64,000 bases of DNA from NCBI GenBank assembly GCA_051313645.2, contig JBNRSN020000013.1, positions 138,074,001 through 138,138,000 of the forward strand, given 5' to 3'. The notes under the pieces were generated by a model. It worked only from the letters and a program-made list of their open reading frames with translations, had not been told where the DNA came from and made no database searches. A program made the translations under genes and the position numbers. Shown piece after piece: positions 1 through 11,291 of this stretch (positions are counted from its first letter, which is position 1; each line of letters opens with the position of its first letter). The DNA comes from Centroscyllium fabricii (Eukaryota).

Positions 1-390
1 GTCACGCTCTTCAGGTGGCACTGGAAATCCAGTCCCAGTAAGACTGGGGCGCACAACTGCTGGAGTATGTACAGTTTAAAATTACGGTACAGGCAGTCCC
101 TGACTGTGAGCGTGATGGAGCAGTAGCCGGTAACGTCCGCCATGTGGGACTTTGAAGCAAGGGAGATTTGGTAGTGCATGGGCAGGGTCTGCAGTGCGTA
201 GCGCCGCACTGTGTCGGGGTGAATGAAGCTCTCTGTGCTTCCATTGTTGAACAGGCAGTTGGTGATATGGCCGTTAACTTTAATCCCCATCATAGAATTT
301 GATAGGGTGTGCGGCCTAGCCTGGTCGACCGTGGCTGAGGCCGAAGTATGTGTGTGTGTGTGGGGGCCCTCCGCTAGCTGGGGCCGTGCA

Positions 391-900
391 CAAGATGGCG
401 GCGCCCATGGATTGCAAGCAGCCGACCGTGGTGGACGAGATGGCAGCGTCGGGGGTCGCACATGGCTGGCCGCTGAAGACAAGATGGCGGCACCCATGGT
501 TCGCACGCGGCCGACCGCGGTGGACAAGATGGCGACGCCGGGGGGTCGCACATGGCTGGCCGTTGAACACAAGATGGCGGCGCCGGGGGGTCGCACATGG
601 CTGGCCGCTGAAGACAAGATGGCGGCGCCGGGGAGTCGCACATGGCTGGCCGCTGAAGACAAGATGGCGGCGCCGGGGAGTCGCACGTGCCTGGCCGCTG
701 CAGACAAGGTGGCGGCGCCCGTGATTCGCACGCGGTGGTCCGTGGTGGACGCGATGGCGGTGCCCGTTGTTTGCACGCGGCGTGCCGCGGTGGCCGAGTT
801 GGCAGCGCCCATGATTCGCACGCAGCGGGCCACGCTGGGCGAGGTACCGGCGTTGGGGTGTCGCCCATGGCCGGTTGCGGCCGTCTTTGGCGTGGCGGTG
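391..900. repeat. 45-bp tandem repeat in the gag-protease linker, carrying CAAGATGGCGGC
   Basis: Motif recurs at 391, 436, 480, 525, 570, 615, 660, 705 and decays rightwards. Confidence 0.9.
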
Positions 901-1141
901 CCCGTGCCGTGTGCGTGGCCGGCCTCTGCCGTATCAGGGTGGGAGACGGGGGCGCTTGTAGTCTACCCCCGGACCGCTGCTGGGTCGCGCTGCAACAGCG
1001 GCTTACCTTAGGCCATGGGATGGCTTTGGAGCTCTCACAGGCTGCGCTGTTGTGTCTGGAGCTGGGCGCTGGGGCCGATTTGCAGGCCCTGGCTTAGTGT
1101 CCCTTTTCGCAACATCTCTCACAGGTCGCGGTCCTCGCGGG

Positions 1142-1819
1142 TCATTTTGCTCGCGGATGCAGTCCCTGGCCGCAGAAGTAGCATTTTCTGTCCGACGGCT
1201 TCTGCGCCGTTGCCGCTGCCATTGTGGAGTTCTCGACCTGTCGTGGGGCCACCCAGGAATCGAGGGTGTCATGTGTGGCTTGGCCGCTATACGCCTCTAG
1301 CCTGCGGCGTGCTCCATCCACCGTGTTAGAGATGGAGATCGCCTCCTCCAGCGATAAAGTGTCTTTTTCCAGCAACCGCTGGCGGGTCTGGCTGGACATG
1401 ATCCCCGTCACGTAGGCATCTCGAATGAGGAGATTCGTCTCCTCCTGCGCCATTCGTGGCTGGCAGTCACAGGCCCGGGCGAGGGCTTGAAGCGCCAACA
1501 GATACTGTTCATTAGACTCACCGAGCCATTGTTGTCTGGTCGCCAGCACGTGTCTGGCATAGACCGAGTGGACCGGGCGCACGTAGCATGCCTTCAGTTT
1601 CTCCACGGCCTCTTCATACGTTGTTGCGCCGCGGATGAAGGAGTACACCCGGCTGGTGATCCTGGACGAGAGAACGTGGAGTTTGTTCTCGTCAGTCATC
1701 GCCTTGGCGGCCGCCATGTAGGCCTCAACAAGGCTGAACCAATGTTCAAACGTATTGGAGGTGTCTGGTTCCTGTGGATTGATATCCAGCTTTTCGGGTT
1801 TCACAGCGCCGCTTTCCAT
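1142..1819 (-). pseudogene. gag: Gypsy gag, truncated by a premature TGA inside the zinc knuckle
   Basis: Homologous to gag at 22195 and 28902 (YARHVLATR, LIRDAYVTG, RQRLLE, CYFCG). Confidence 0.88.
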
Positions 1820-1844
1820 TTTGAAAATTTAAAGTGATTAAAAT

Positions 1845-2126
1845 TGACGTATCGTCAATAAGACAAAGACGAGTAGTTACCTTAACTAGAGGGTTTTAAT
1901 CACTTTACAATGGAGCTAGTCTCCAGTCGAACATTGAGTGCAGAATGGATGGGGGCAGGTCAGGCCTCACCTATAAAGGCCCTCACCTGAGGGGAGGAGT
2001 TAGAGGTGTGGCTGACCTGACCTCGCGACAGTGTCATAATACAAACTATATACAAAGCACCCAGCCACTATACATGCTGGTCTGTAGTGTGCTCAACTAT
2101 ATACAATGGTATTCCTGATTACCACA
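1845..2126 (-). repeat. 5' LTR of Gypsy family A (282 bp)
   Basis: Starts TGTGGT, ends ACGTCA; TATA-like TTTATA and ATTAAA; homologous to LTRs at 14388-14627, 18561-18797 and 20380-20669. Confidence 0.92.
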
Positions 2127-3008
2127 GCCCCATGCACTGAATTTGGTAGAAAACACCTTACACACACTTACACAATACAGGTACATGTACTTTGCATGTC
2201 TATATTTACTCAACAACATTTCTATCCACCACCATTCAGTATCCAAGAAAGTAAAATACTCACAACAATCAAAGAACGCTCACATACTCTGCTTTTTCAC
2301 TTACCACTTTACCAATAAAGGTTAAAGTTCACATGCATACTTCGTGTGAATATGAGTATTGAGATCACATGCCCAACGACAGTATCTATTACTCATTTTT
2401 TTATTTATTAAACAGAAATTCAATTAGTCCCTCACATCTGGATTTCCAATTAGCCACATGGGCCTGAGTTAAAATTGCAGTCGGGTCTCAATGATGTCAT
2501 CAGGCCGCAACATGCATAGGTAAAGAAGAACTCTGTTGGCTCCGGGCACCTGTCTTTGCTGCCTGCTCAGGAGAGCAGGTTAAAATTGTAGGTGTTGCGA
2601 TCGTGACGGCTTTCAAACAGGTAAGAGCCAGGCCGATTTTAACTGCCCACCGGCCAGGTTTCTGCTGAGTGAATCGGATTAAACTCACCTGGTGTCCAGT
2701 GGTATTTTACCCAAGTGACCATTCTTTTTCACTGAGCAATCTATACGCCTCTGGAGGGTGGGACATCACATCTAAACTCAATCCTGCCCTCAACCAACAT
2801 CCAGCCATTATTGAGTAGGAATCAGTGATAGCAATTAGGAGTGTGCGTAGGTCAATGCTAGCACCCAACTGATACCTCAGCTGAGATTAGCTTAATTTCG
2901 CACAAACAAGGGCTAGGGCCGGGAACTTTTCTGGTCTGAATGACACAGTACCACACCAGCCAATACATGTAACCACTGAGTCATCAGTGGAACCAGTTGA
3001 AACTCTAA

Positions 3009-3202
3009 CATAAGAACATAAGAACATAAGACGTACGAGCAGGAGTCGGTCATTTGGCCCCTCGAGCCCGCTCCGCCATTCAATAAGATCATGGCTGATC
3101 TGATCTTGGCCTCAACTCCACTTCCCCGCCCGCTCCCCATAACCCTTGACTCCCTTATCATTCAAAAATCTGTCTATCTCCACCTTAAATATATTCAATG
3201 AC
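3009..3202 (-). mobile_element. CR1/HER1 LINE 3' tail fragment
   Basis: (cataagaa)n tail plus the gagcaggagtaggccatt...gatcatggctgatc 3' motif shared with the CR1 copies. Confidence 0.8.
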
Positions 3203-3864
3203 TCAGTCAGTGCTAAATTAAGCTAACCTTGAACACAAGTGATCGCTGCTGATTCACTTTTAATCCTGTGCGACAAAATTGGATTTTTGTCCGAGTTGAA
3301 TTTTTAACTTATATATTCTTAATACTAGAGACAGTACACACGGGGTTAATTGTGGTTTTCCGTGCGCTTGTGTCTGCAAGACAGGGAAAATATGCATTGT
3401 GTTATGGCAGATGAAGGGTCAATGAAGGTTATTTCTGTGAAACAAAATTGTTCCTGTATGTTAATTCAGAGTGTGTGCAGAGATATTTAAAAGCCGATTT
3501 TAACCGTGTGCAGGAGTCATGAGGGGAAGGATCCCAGGCGGACCGCAGGCCATCTGGACCACCGCAGCTTGATGCTCGGCAGATTTTAACCCCCACGCCT
3601 TAAGCGCACACCCAAACCCGGCGGGAAGGGGCAGCTGACCGGGAGGATGAGAGTGGGAGGCCAGGCGGCGGGAGTCCCGAAGGAAGAGTTCCCGGCACTG
3701 AGGTAAGTGGTTTGGAGGGATTTGCCTCCTGATCGGGGTAGGGGAGGGAAGCCCGGGGCCCGGAGGAGCACTCTTACCGTTTTGGGCCATCTTGCCACAA
3801 CAGCTTCCAGTTAAAATGGCAGTCAGGCCCCAGTGACATAATTGGAGCCTGATTGCATAGAATT

Positions 3865-4097
3865 GCACAGAAAGAGGCCATTTGGCCCAACCAGTCTGTG
3901 CCAGTGTTTATGCTCCTCCCACCTTACTTGATCTCACCCTATCAGCATAACCTTCTATTCTTTGTCCCCTCGTGTATTTAGCTAGCTTCCTCCATAAAGG
4001 CATCTAAGCTAGTCGCCTCAACTACCCCATGTGGTAGCGAGTTCCACATTCTAACCACTCTCTGGATAAAGAAGTTTCTCTTGAATTCCATATTGGA
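3865..4097 (-). mobile_element. CR1 LINE 3' fragment
   Basis: Encodes RNFFIQRVVRMWNSLP, the CR1 ORF2 C-terminus. Confidence 0.8.
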
Positions 4098-4120
4098 TGT
4101 ATTATTGGCTATTATATATT

Positions 4121-4884
4121 GGCCCAAAAATTCGGGTCCCAACACGTGAGTATGCACTGGGTACTCACGCGTGGGCCCATCAGATGTGCCGGTCTCTAGC
4201 ATGCACCGCGCATGCGCGTGAAAGCGGCACTTCCGATCCTCTGAAAGAAGGGGTCAGGGATCGGAACGCGTGTGCGTGTGCGTGTGCGTGTGCGTGCGCG
4301 TGCACGCAATGCACTTGCAATTTTTTTTACAGGTTTTTATCCGCGTAAGTATTGGAAAATCATACATCTCCTATTTTCAAAGCGCAAAGACCCCTTTTCA
4401 ACAGGTAAGTGGTGATTTAATTCAATTTAAAACTTTTTTTCCCACAGGTTTTTCATTTTTAAATACTTTAAAGAAAGGTAAGTTGATTTTTAGACCCGTT
4501 AAACACTTTAGTTATTTTTTTCAAAATGTTTAATTTTTGTTTAAAATAGCTAATTTATGTAGTAATTGATAGTTATTTTTAAAAATGTGATTTAAAAAAA
4601 TATATATTTTAAGATTTACTGTGGTTTTGGGGTTGTAGTATTCATAAGTTTGACAGGTCTTCCTGTCAGACTTATGAATGGAGCATTCTGTGCTCCGATT
4701 GGCTCTCCGTGACCCACGTGATCCCATGCGAAGCCTCGCACTATCTTCGCCACTGGGATCCGGGAGCACAGTGCGCCGTCAGTTCAGGAAGGACCAACAT
4801 CGGAAGTCCATGCGGGTGCAATGCTCAACGGCTGGCGTGCTAGGTAAGTGTGGGTTAGAGGCCTCCAACCCGAATTTCTGGGCC
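4121..4884. mobile_element. Non-autonomous DNA transposon (PIF/Harbinger-type MITE)
   Basis: TIRs ggcccaaaaattcggg / cccgaatttctgggcc; 3-bp TSD ATT on both sides. Confidence 0.75.
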
Positions 4885-5509
4885 ATTGAGAGTTTCCTCC
4901 CTCTGTTTGCCCGTTCTTTCTGATTCTCCCAGTGTCCTCTTCTGTTTCGCTCTCTTTCTGCATTTTCATTTCTGATTCTTTCTCTGATCCAATCTTTTCT
5001 CAGTAACAGTAAATAGCCTGTAATTCAGCATAGGAGCAGGAGCAGGCCATTCAGCCCCTCGAGCCTGCATATTTAATGAAGGACCCCAGTGGCTTCTAGC
5101 GGGTGTCCCTCTCGCCTGCGCAGAAGAGGCAGCTAAGTCTGTAACCGGCCAGTAGGCGGGGGGATCTGTGTGGGCAAGGCCCACGGGCTATCTTAACTGC
5201 CCGTCTACCTGGTATCCATTGGACTGGCAGGGTTAAAATTGGCCCTTTAGTTCGTGCTATCACAGATAGATCAAATGGGGGTGGGGGCGTTGAATCAAAC
5301 ATCCTTTCCATTGTAAAAGATTAGTTAAGATTGATTAGGGAAATGCAGCCTTTTGTTTTATTATAACTTCAAAAGTATCTGTGGTTAAACATGGCTGCGG
5401 AGATGGTTGAAAGCTACTGTGGCACAAGGTCAGAGAATCGGCTTGAGATTGTACGTCAAATCCCTGAGAAGGAGACTGATTAGTCAAAACATAAATCAGC
5501 AAATAGTTG

Positions 5510-8230
5510 AAGCATGTAATAAAGGGACTTTAACTTTCATGTCAACTGGGCAAATCAAACTGGGCAGGGTAGACTAGAGGAAGAGTTTATAGAGTGTATT
5601 AGGGATGGGTTCTTAGAACAGTATGTCACTGAACCGACAAGGGGGGAGGCAATCTTGGATCTGGTCCTGTGTAATGAAGCAGGATTAATTAAAAATGTCA
5701 TAGTTAGGGACCCTCTTGGAACGAGTGACCACAATATGGTCGAATTCCATATTCAACTAGAGGGGGAGCAATTCGAAACTAAAACCAGGGTACTTAGTCT
5801 AAACAAGGGAGATTATGAAGGTATGAGAACAGAAGTGATTAAAGTAGATTGGGATAACGGACTAAAGAATAAGACGGTACATGAGCAGTGGTGTACTTTC
5901 AAGGAGTTAGTGTACAACCTTCAAGAAAAATACATTCCACTGAAGAAAAAAAGGGGTATAGGAAAGGACAGCCAACCGTGGCTAAGTAAAGTAATAAAGG
6001 ATAGTATTCGGCTAAAGGCAAGGGTATATAAGGTAGCCAGATACAGTGGGAAGATAGAAGATTGGGAAGCATTTAAAAGTCAGCAAAAAATAACAAAGAG
6101 ATTAATTAAGAAGGGGAAAATAGAGTATGAAAGTAATTTAGCGAAAAACATAAAAACTAATAGCAAGAGTTTTTATAGTTATATAAAAAGAAAAAGGGTG
6201 GCTAAGGTGAATGTTGGTCCATTGGAGGGTGAGACTGGGAATTTGTTGGTGGGGAACATGGAGATGGCAAAAGCATTAAACGAATATTTTGTATCAGTCT
6301 TTACCGTAGAAGACATTAAAAATATTCCAACGCTGGACAAACAGGGGGCTATAGGAATGGAGGAGTTAAACACTATTAAGATCACTAAGGAGATGGTATT
6401 AGGTAAATTAATGGGACTTAAGGCGGATAAATCCCCTGGGCCTGATGGATTACATCCTAGGGTCTTGAGAGAAATAGCGGTGGGGATTGTAGATGCATTG
6501 GTGATAATTTTCCAAAACTCCCTGGAGTCAGGAAGGGTCCCGGTGGATTGGAAAATGGCTAATGTAACACCTATATTTAAAAAGGGAAGTAGACAGAAGG
6601 CTGGTAACTATAGACCGGTTAGTCTAACATCTGTGGTGGGTAAAATGTTAGAGACCATTATTAAAGAAACACTGACTGGGCATTTGGATAAACATAACTT
6701 AATCGGACAGACTCAGCATGGTTTTACGAAGGGGAAGTCATGTTTAACTAATTTGCTCGAATTCTTTGAGGAAGTAACATCTCGGGTGGATAAAGGGGAA
6801 CCGGTGGATGTGGTATACTTGGACTTCCAAAAGGCTTTTGACAAGGTGCCACATAAGAGGCTATTGCTGAAAATAAAAAATTATGGGATTGGGGGAAATA
6901 TAGTAGCATGGGTGGAGGATTGGCTTTCAAACAGGAAGCAGAGAGTGGGGATAAATGGTTCATACTCGGGATGGCAATCGGTGACTAGCGGTGTTCCGCA
7001 GGGGTCGGTGCTGGGACCCCAGCTGTTTACAATCTATATAAATGATTTGGAGGAGGGGACCAAGTGTAATATATCAAAGTTTGCAGATGACACAAAAATG
7101 GGAGGAAAAGCAGGGAGTGAGGAGGACAGAAAAAGCCTGCAAAAGGACATAGATAAGCTAGGTGATTGGGCAGCAATTTGGCAGATGAAATTTAATACTG
7201 ATAAATGTGAGGTTATACATTTTTGAAAAAAAAATCATAGAGCAAGTTATTTTCTAAAGGGGGAGGAGCTGCGTGGTAATACAACGCAAAGGGACTTGGG
7301 GTATTAGTGCATGAATCACAAAAAGTTAGTATGCAGGTGCAGCAAGTGATTAGGAAGGCCAATGGAGTCTTAGCCTTTATTGCTAGGGGGATAGAGTATA
7401 AAAGAAGGGAGGTCTTGCTGCAGCTGTACACAGTATTGGTGAGACCGCATTTGGAATACTGTGTACAGTTTTGGTGTCCATACTTAAGAAAGGATGTACT
7501 TGCCTTGGAGGCAGTGCAGAGAAGGTTTACACGGTTAATTCCAGCGATGAGGGGGTTGACATATGAGGAAAGGTTAAGTAGGTTGGGACTCTACTCTTTA
7601 GAGTTTAGAAGAATGAGAGGCGATCTTATTGAAACGTATAAGATCGTGAGGGGCCTTGATCGGGTGGATGCGCCGAGGATGTTTCCAATGATCGGGGAGA
7701 CTAGAACTAGGGGGCATAGTCTTAGAATAAGGGGGGGCTCTTTTAAAACTGAGATGAGGAGAAACTTCTTCACCCAGAGGGTGGTTAATCTATGGAATTC
7801 ACTGCCTCAGGGAGCTGTGGAAGCGGGAACATTAAATCAATTTAAAACCGAAATAGACTGTTTTTTAGCAGACAAGGGAATTAGGGGTTACGGGGAGCGG
7901 GCAGGGAAGTGGACCTGAGTTATGGTTAGTATAGTAAGACCTGAGTGATCTCCTGGACAAGTTTCGATCGCCTGGATTGGGGTCGGAGAGGAATTTCCCG
8001 GATTTTTTTCCCAAATTGGACCAGGGTTTTAATCCGGTTTTTCGCCTCTCCCAGGAGATCACACGGTTCTTTGGGTGGGAGAAGGGTGATAGTGGTATGA
8101 AGGTTAGGGTAGGATCAGCAATGATCTTGATGGGTGGGGGGGCGGGCTCGGGGGGCCGATTGGCCTACTCCTGCTCCTAGTTCTTGTGTTCCTGTGTTCC
8201 TGTGTTCCTGTGTTCTTGTGTTCTTGTGTT
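5510..8230 (+). mobile_element. CR1 (HER1-like) LINE, 5'-truncated
   Basis: End of the endonuclease domain (SDH), RT domain, 3' UTR and microsatellite tail. Confidence 0.95.
5655..7918 (+). pseudogene. CR1 ORF2 (endonuclease end plus reverse transcriptase), disrupted near 7224-7235
   Basis: Motifs NYRPVSLTS, DFQKAFD, GVPQGSVLGP, FADD, RPHLEYCVQFW, RNFFTQRVVNLWNSLP; split into ORFs 5655-7226 and 7307-7918. Confidence 0.93.
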
Positions 8231-9139
8231 CAGCCATGAGCGTATTGAATGGCGGTGCAGGCTCGACGGACCGAATGGTCTACTCCTGCACCTATTTTCT
8301 ATGTTTCTATGTTTCTATGACTGTTGCCCTCTTTAATAGACAGTTCTGTGGCCAGGGGTGTCTAATTACGGGCTTATATTGGACTTCACCATGTGTGTAG
8401 TTCGAAGGCCAGCCTTCAGCCAACAGCCAGCGTAGAACTGTGTGTTTTGTACTGAACCAGCTGACGAGCTGGGTTAGTTCTGAGGTTGTGATATGTATCA
8501 CGGCACAAGAACACATGTTCACGCACAGGCACGATGGGCCAGCACCGGTACAATGGACCGAATGGCCGCCTTCTGTGCTGCATGATGCGATAGAGCGAAC
8601 GTGACTGGCCTCATTGTTATTATCGTGAAGAGTAGGGACATGTACGATCGAATGCTTTATACTGTTCATTCACCTATCTTATGTAATCAAAACCATTTGT
8701 TGATTCAGGGTTCAAGTCGCAATCTGGTAAGAATGTTTATTCAGTCATCAGTGAACGCAAGATAATATCTAGTGTGAAAACCCAAAAATGTGACACTCTG
8801 CTTGGCTTCAGCTCACAAGAATAAAAGAACAGAATGAGACAAGGCCATTTGGCCCATCAAGTGAATTTCTTCCACAGCTTTGCACAATCTACTCTATCCT
8901 GGACTCCATCCAGTACATTTAATTCCCAGAGTAAAGTTGCTCCCTGTCCCTCTGCGGTAAATTGAATAACATTTCAGCTTACTCATCTAATCTTGTGGCC
9001 TATGTTATTCAACCATAAGCAGTTGTTTTGCTTGGACAGGATACCACTGATATGAACGCCTCATTCGTGGCTACACCATTGCTGGGTTTAATCTTGCTTG
9101 GCTTCATCTGAAAAGTACCCAACACGGCCGCTTTCCGAA

Positions 9140-9505
9140 TGTGCATAGGAACAGGAGGAGGCCATTCAGACTCTTGAGCCAGATCTGCCGTTCAACTGGA
9201 TCACGGCTGATCTGTATCTTACCTCCATCTACCTGCCTTGGTTCTGTAACACAAAAATCTAGCAATCTCAGTTTTGAAATTTTCAATTGACCCCCAGCCT
9301 CAACAGCTTTTTGGGGGAGAGTGTTCCAGATTCCCACTACCCTTTGTGTGAAGACGTGCTTCCTGACATCACCCCTGAACGGCCTGGCTCTAATTTTAAG
9401 GTTATTCCTCCCCTTGTTCCGGACTCCCTCCACCGAAAGGAAATCATTTCTATCTACCCAATCAACTCCTTTCATCATCTTAAACACCTCAATCAGATCC
9501 ACTCC
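9140..9505 (-). mobile_element. Old CR1 LINE 3' fragment
   Basis: DLIEVFKMMKG...KHVFTQRVVGIWNTLP. Confidence 0.8.
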
Positions 9506-9639
9506 TTTCATGAAGCCATATTCTCTGGGAGAGCATATTGCGAGACCACAGCCTTGCTTTCAACAATTATCTGTGCATCGGAGAAGCATGGGCTTTTTTG
9601 CTTTATATATTATACTGCACACCATTTTGCAACCTCTAA

Positions 9640-9955
9640 GCCTACTCCCTCCTCCATTATGTATCCTCTATATCTCACTGTCTCCTCCATTATGTATCCT
9701 CTATATCTCACTGTCTCCTCCATTATGCATTCTCTATATCTTACTTTGCACCATTGTGTATTCTCTAAATATATGCTCTCCTCCATTGTAAATCCTCTAA
9801 ATCCTACTTTCTCCTCCATTGTAAATCCTCTAAATCCTACTTTCTCCTCCATTGTGTATTCTCTAAATCTACTCTCTCCTCCATTGTGTATTCTCTAAAT
9901 CTACTTTCTCGTCCATTGTGTATTCTCTAAATCCTATCTTCTGTTCCATTGTGTA
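9640..9955. repeat. Minisatellite, ~33-bp unit (tctcctccattgtgtattctctaaatcctact-like)
   Basis: About 9-10 diverging tandem copies. Confidence 0.9.
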
Positions 9956-10052
9956 GCCTGCAGATTTTACCCTCTGCTTCATGTTGTGTCTTCCATATTT
10001 TCTTGCCCCCTTCCTGTTAAGTATCCTTTAGATGCAAATAGAGTGAACCTGT

Positions 10053-10325
10053 TATAATGTTACTATCTTAACATTAAATTACTGAGAGCCACACGAGATG
10101 AGATTCACTCCAGTACTTTTAATCAGGTCTGATCTCCTTGCTTGCTCGTGGCACTCTAACCATGTGGCCAAGATGGCTTCCTTTTATACTGAGAGGCTGG
10201 TGTCTTTACTGCAGCAGTAAAGCGTATCCACCAGCCTATCCCGACAGTGCATTACGTCATTACACCTGTGCCCCCAGCAGGGACTGTGCTCAAAGAGAGT
10301 GAAGGTCAGAGGTCAGGCTACAACA
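10053..10325 (-). repeat. Probable solo LTR
   Basis: Ends ...caaca, flanked by a CTGT duplication; TATAAAA and ATTAAA in LTR order on the minus strand. Left end reads TA rather than TG. Confidence 0.5.
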
Positions 10326-11291
10326 CTGTAGCAACAATTCTCCAAATCGCATTCCCTTCGAGCAATGCACATCACTGGGAGCACAAGATCACTGAATTTG
10401 CTCTTGTAGTTCATTGCACTGAATTAGCTATTGCTTACATACTGCTTTTCCTCTGGACCTTCTCCTGTTATTCCTTCAATGGGTGTTTCATATATTTTAT
10501 TCTTAGCTTCCCAAATTCTTGCAGAAACCAGTCGCACATTTTGACTGATTAGGAGTGACATTAAGAGTTCTCAAATGCTGCGTTCAGCTTGAAATATATA
10601 TTCTCAAACACCCACAAGCGCAGCCCATTCATGGAGAGCCACACTTCCAAATTCTCTTACACTCAGCCCATTGATGCACATCTCCATTCTCAAGTACCCT
10701 CATGCTTAACCCTTAAATACACTCACACTTTATTCATTCATAAAAAAGAATTCTCTCGATATCCTCATCTCAGACCTCATTCATAGAGATCGACACTTTC
10801 TAGCAGCTTCACACTCATTCCTTTCATAGATTCTGCTCTTTTTTTGCATGTACAGAAGTCATGTTTGGAAAAAGCCACTGTAATATCTAAATCTCCACCC
10901 AACGCAAACACTCCCACCCATCAAGCTTTTAAAATAGTACTTAACTAGTTCAGGAATGTCTCGGGACAATTGAAAATGCAATACCAATATATGAATTTAT
11001 TAAAATAGAGCAAGCAATATACGGGGAGTGACAACATTACTTGTACTCCTAGCTAAAACACAAACAAATTGAATGGATCACAAACTATGATTTCAGCTCA
11101 TAGGAGTCCATGTTGGTTTACAGCAAGGACAATGGTGCAGTAATGGTATTGTGGGAGGCTACGGTCTTCCGCGTAAAGAAATAGTCAACACAGCGAGCTA
11201 CAAGAAATAGGTCTTTACTCCAACTCTCACAATACAGTACTGAATTCGTAAAGCCCGCGAACCTGTGATGACTCATGGGTTGGTCACCTGC

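Larger units (their letters stand above)
1..2126 (-). mobile_element. Gypsy LTR retrotransposon family A, 5' part (5' LTR, gag, start of protease); runs off the window edge
   Basis: 5' LTR 2126-1845 (TG...CA). Gag ORF 1819-1142 with CCHC knuckle (CYFCGQGLH). Stop codons and a frameshift follow, then protease-region DNA matching the copy at 11292. Confidence 0.93.

Noticed and set aside
223-1011. 262-aa + strand ORF with repeated KMAAP units
   Set aside because: Antisense reading of the GC-rich 45-bp repeat in the Gypsy linker; no sign of an independent gene.
7938-7970. CTGAGTGA as a hammerhead core in the CR1 3' UTR
   Set aside because: Spacing does not fit CUGANGA and there is no correctly placed GAAA.
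9640-9955. Regular ~33-bp repeats resembling a CRISPR array
   Set aside because: Contiguous units with no unique spacers, no cas genes and a vertebrate context: a minisatellite.
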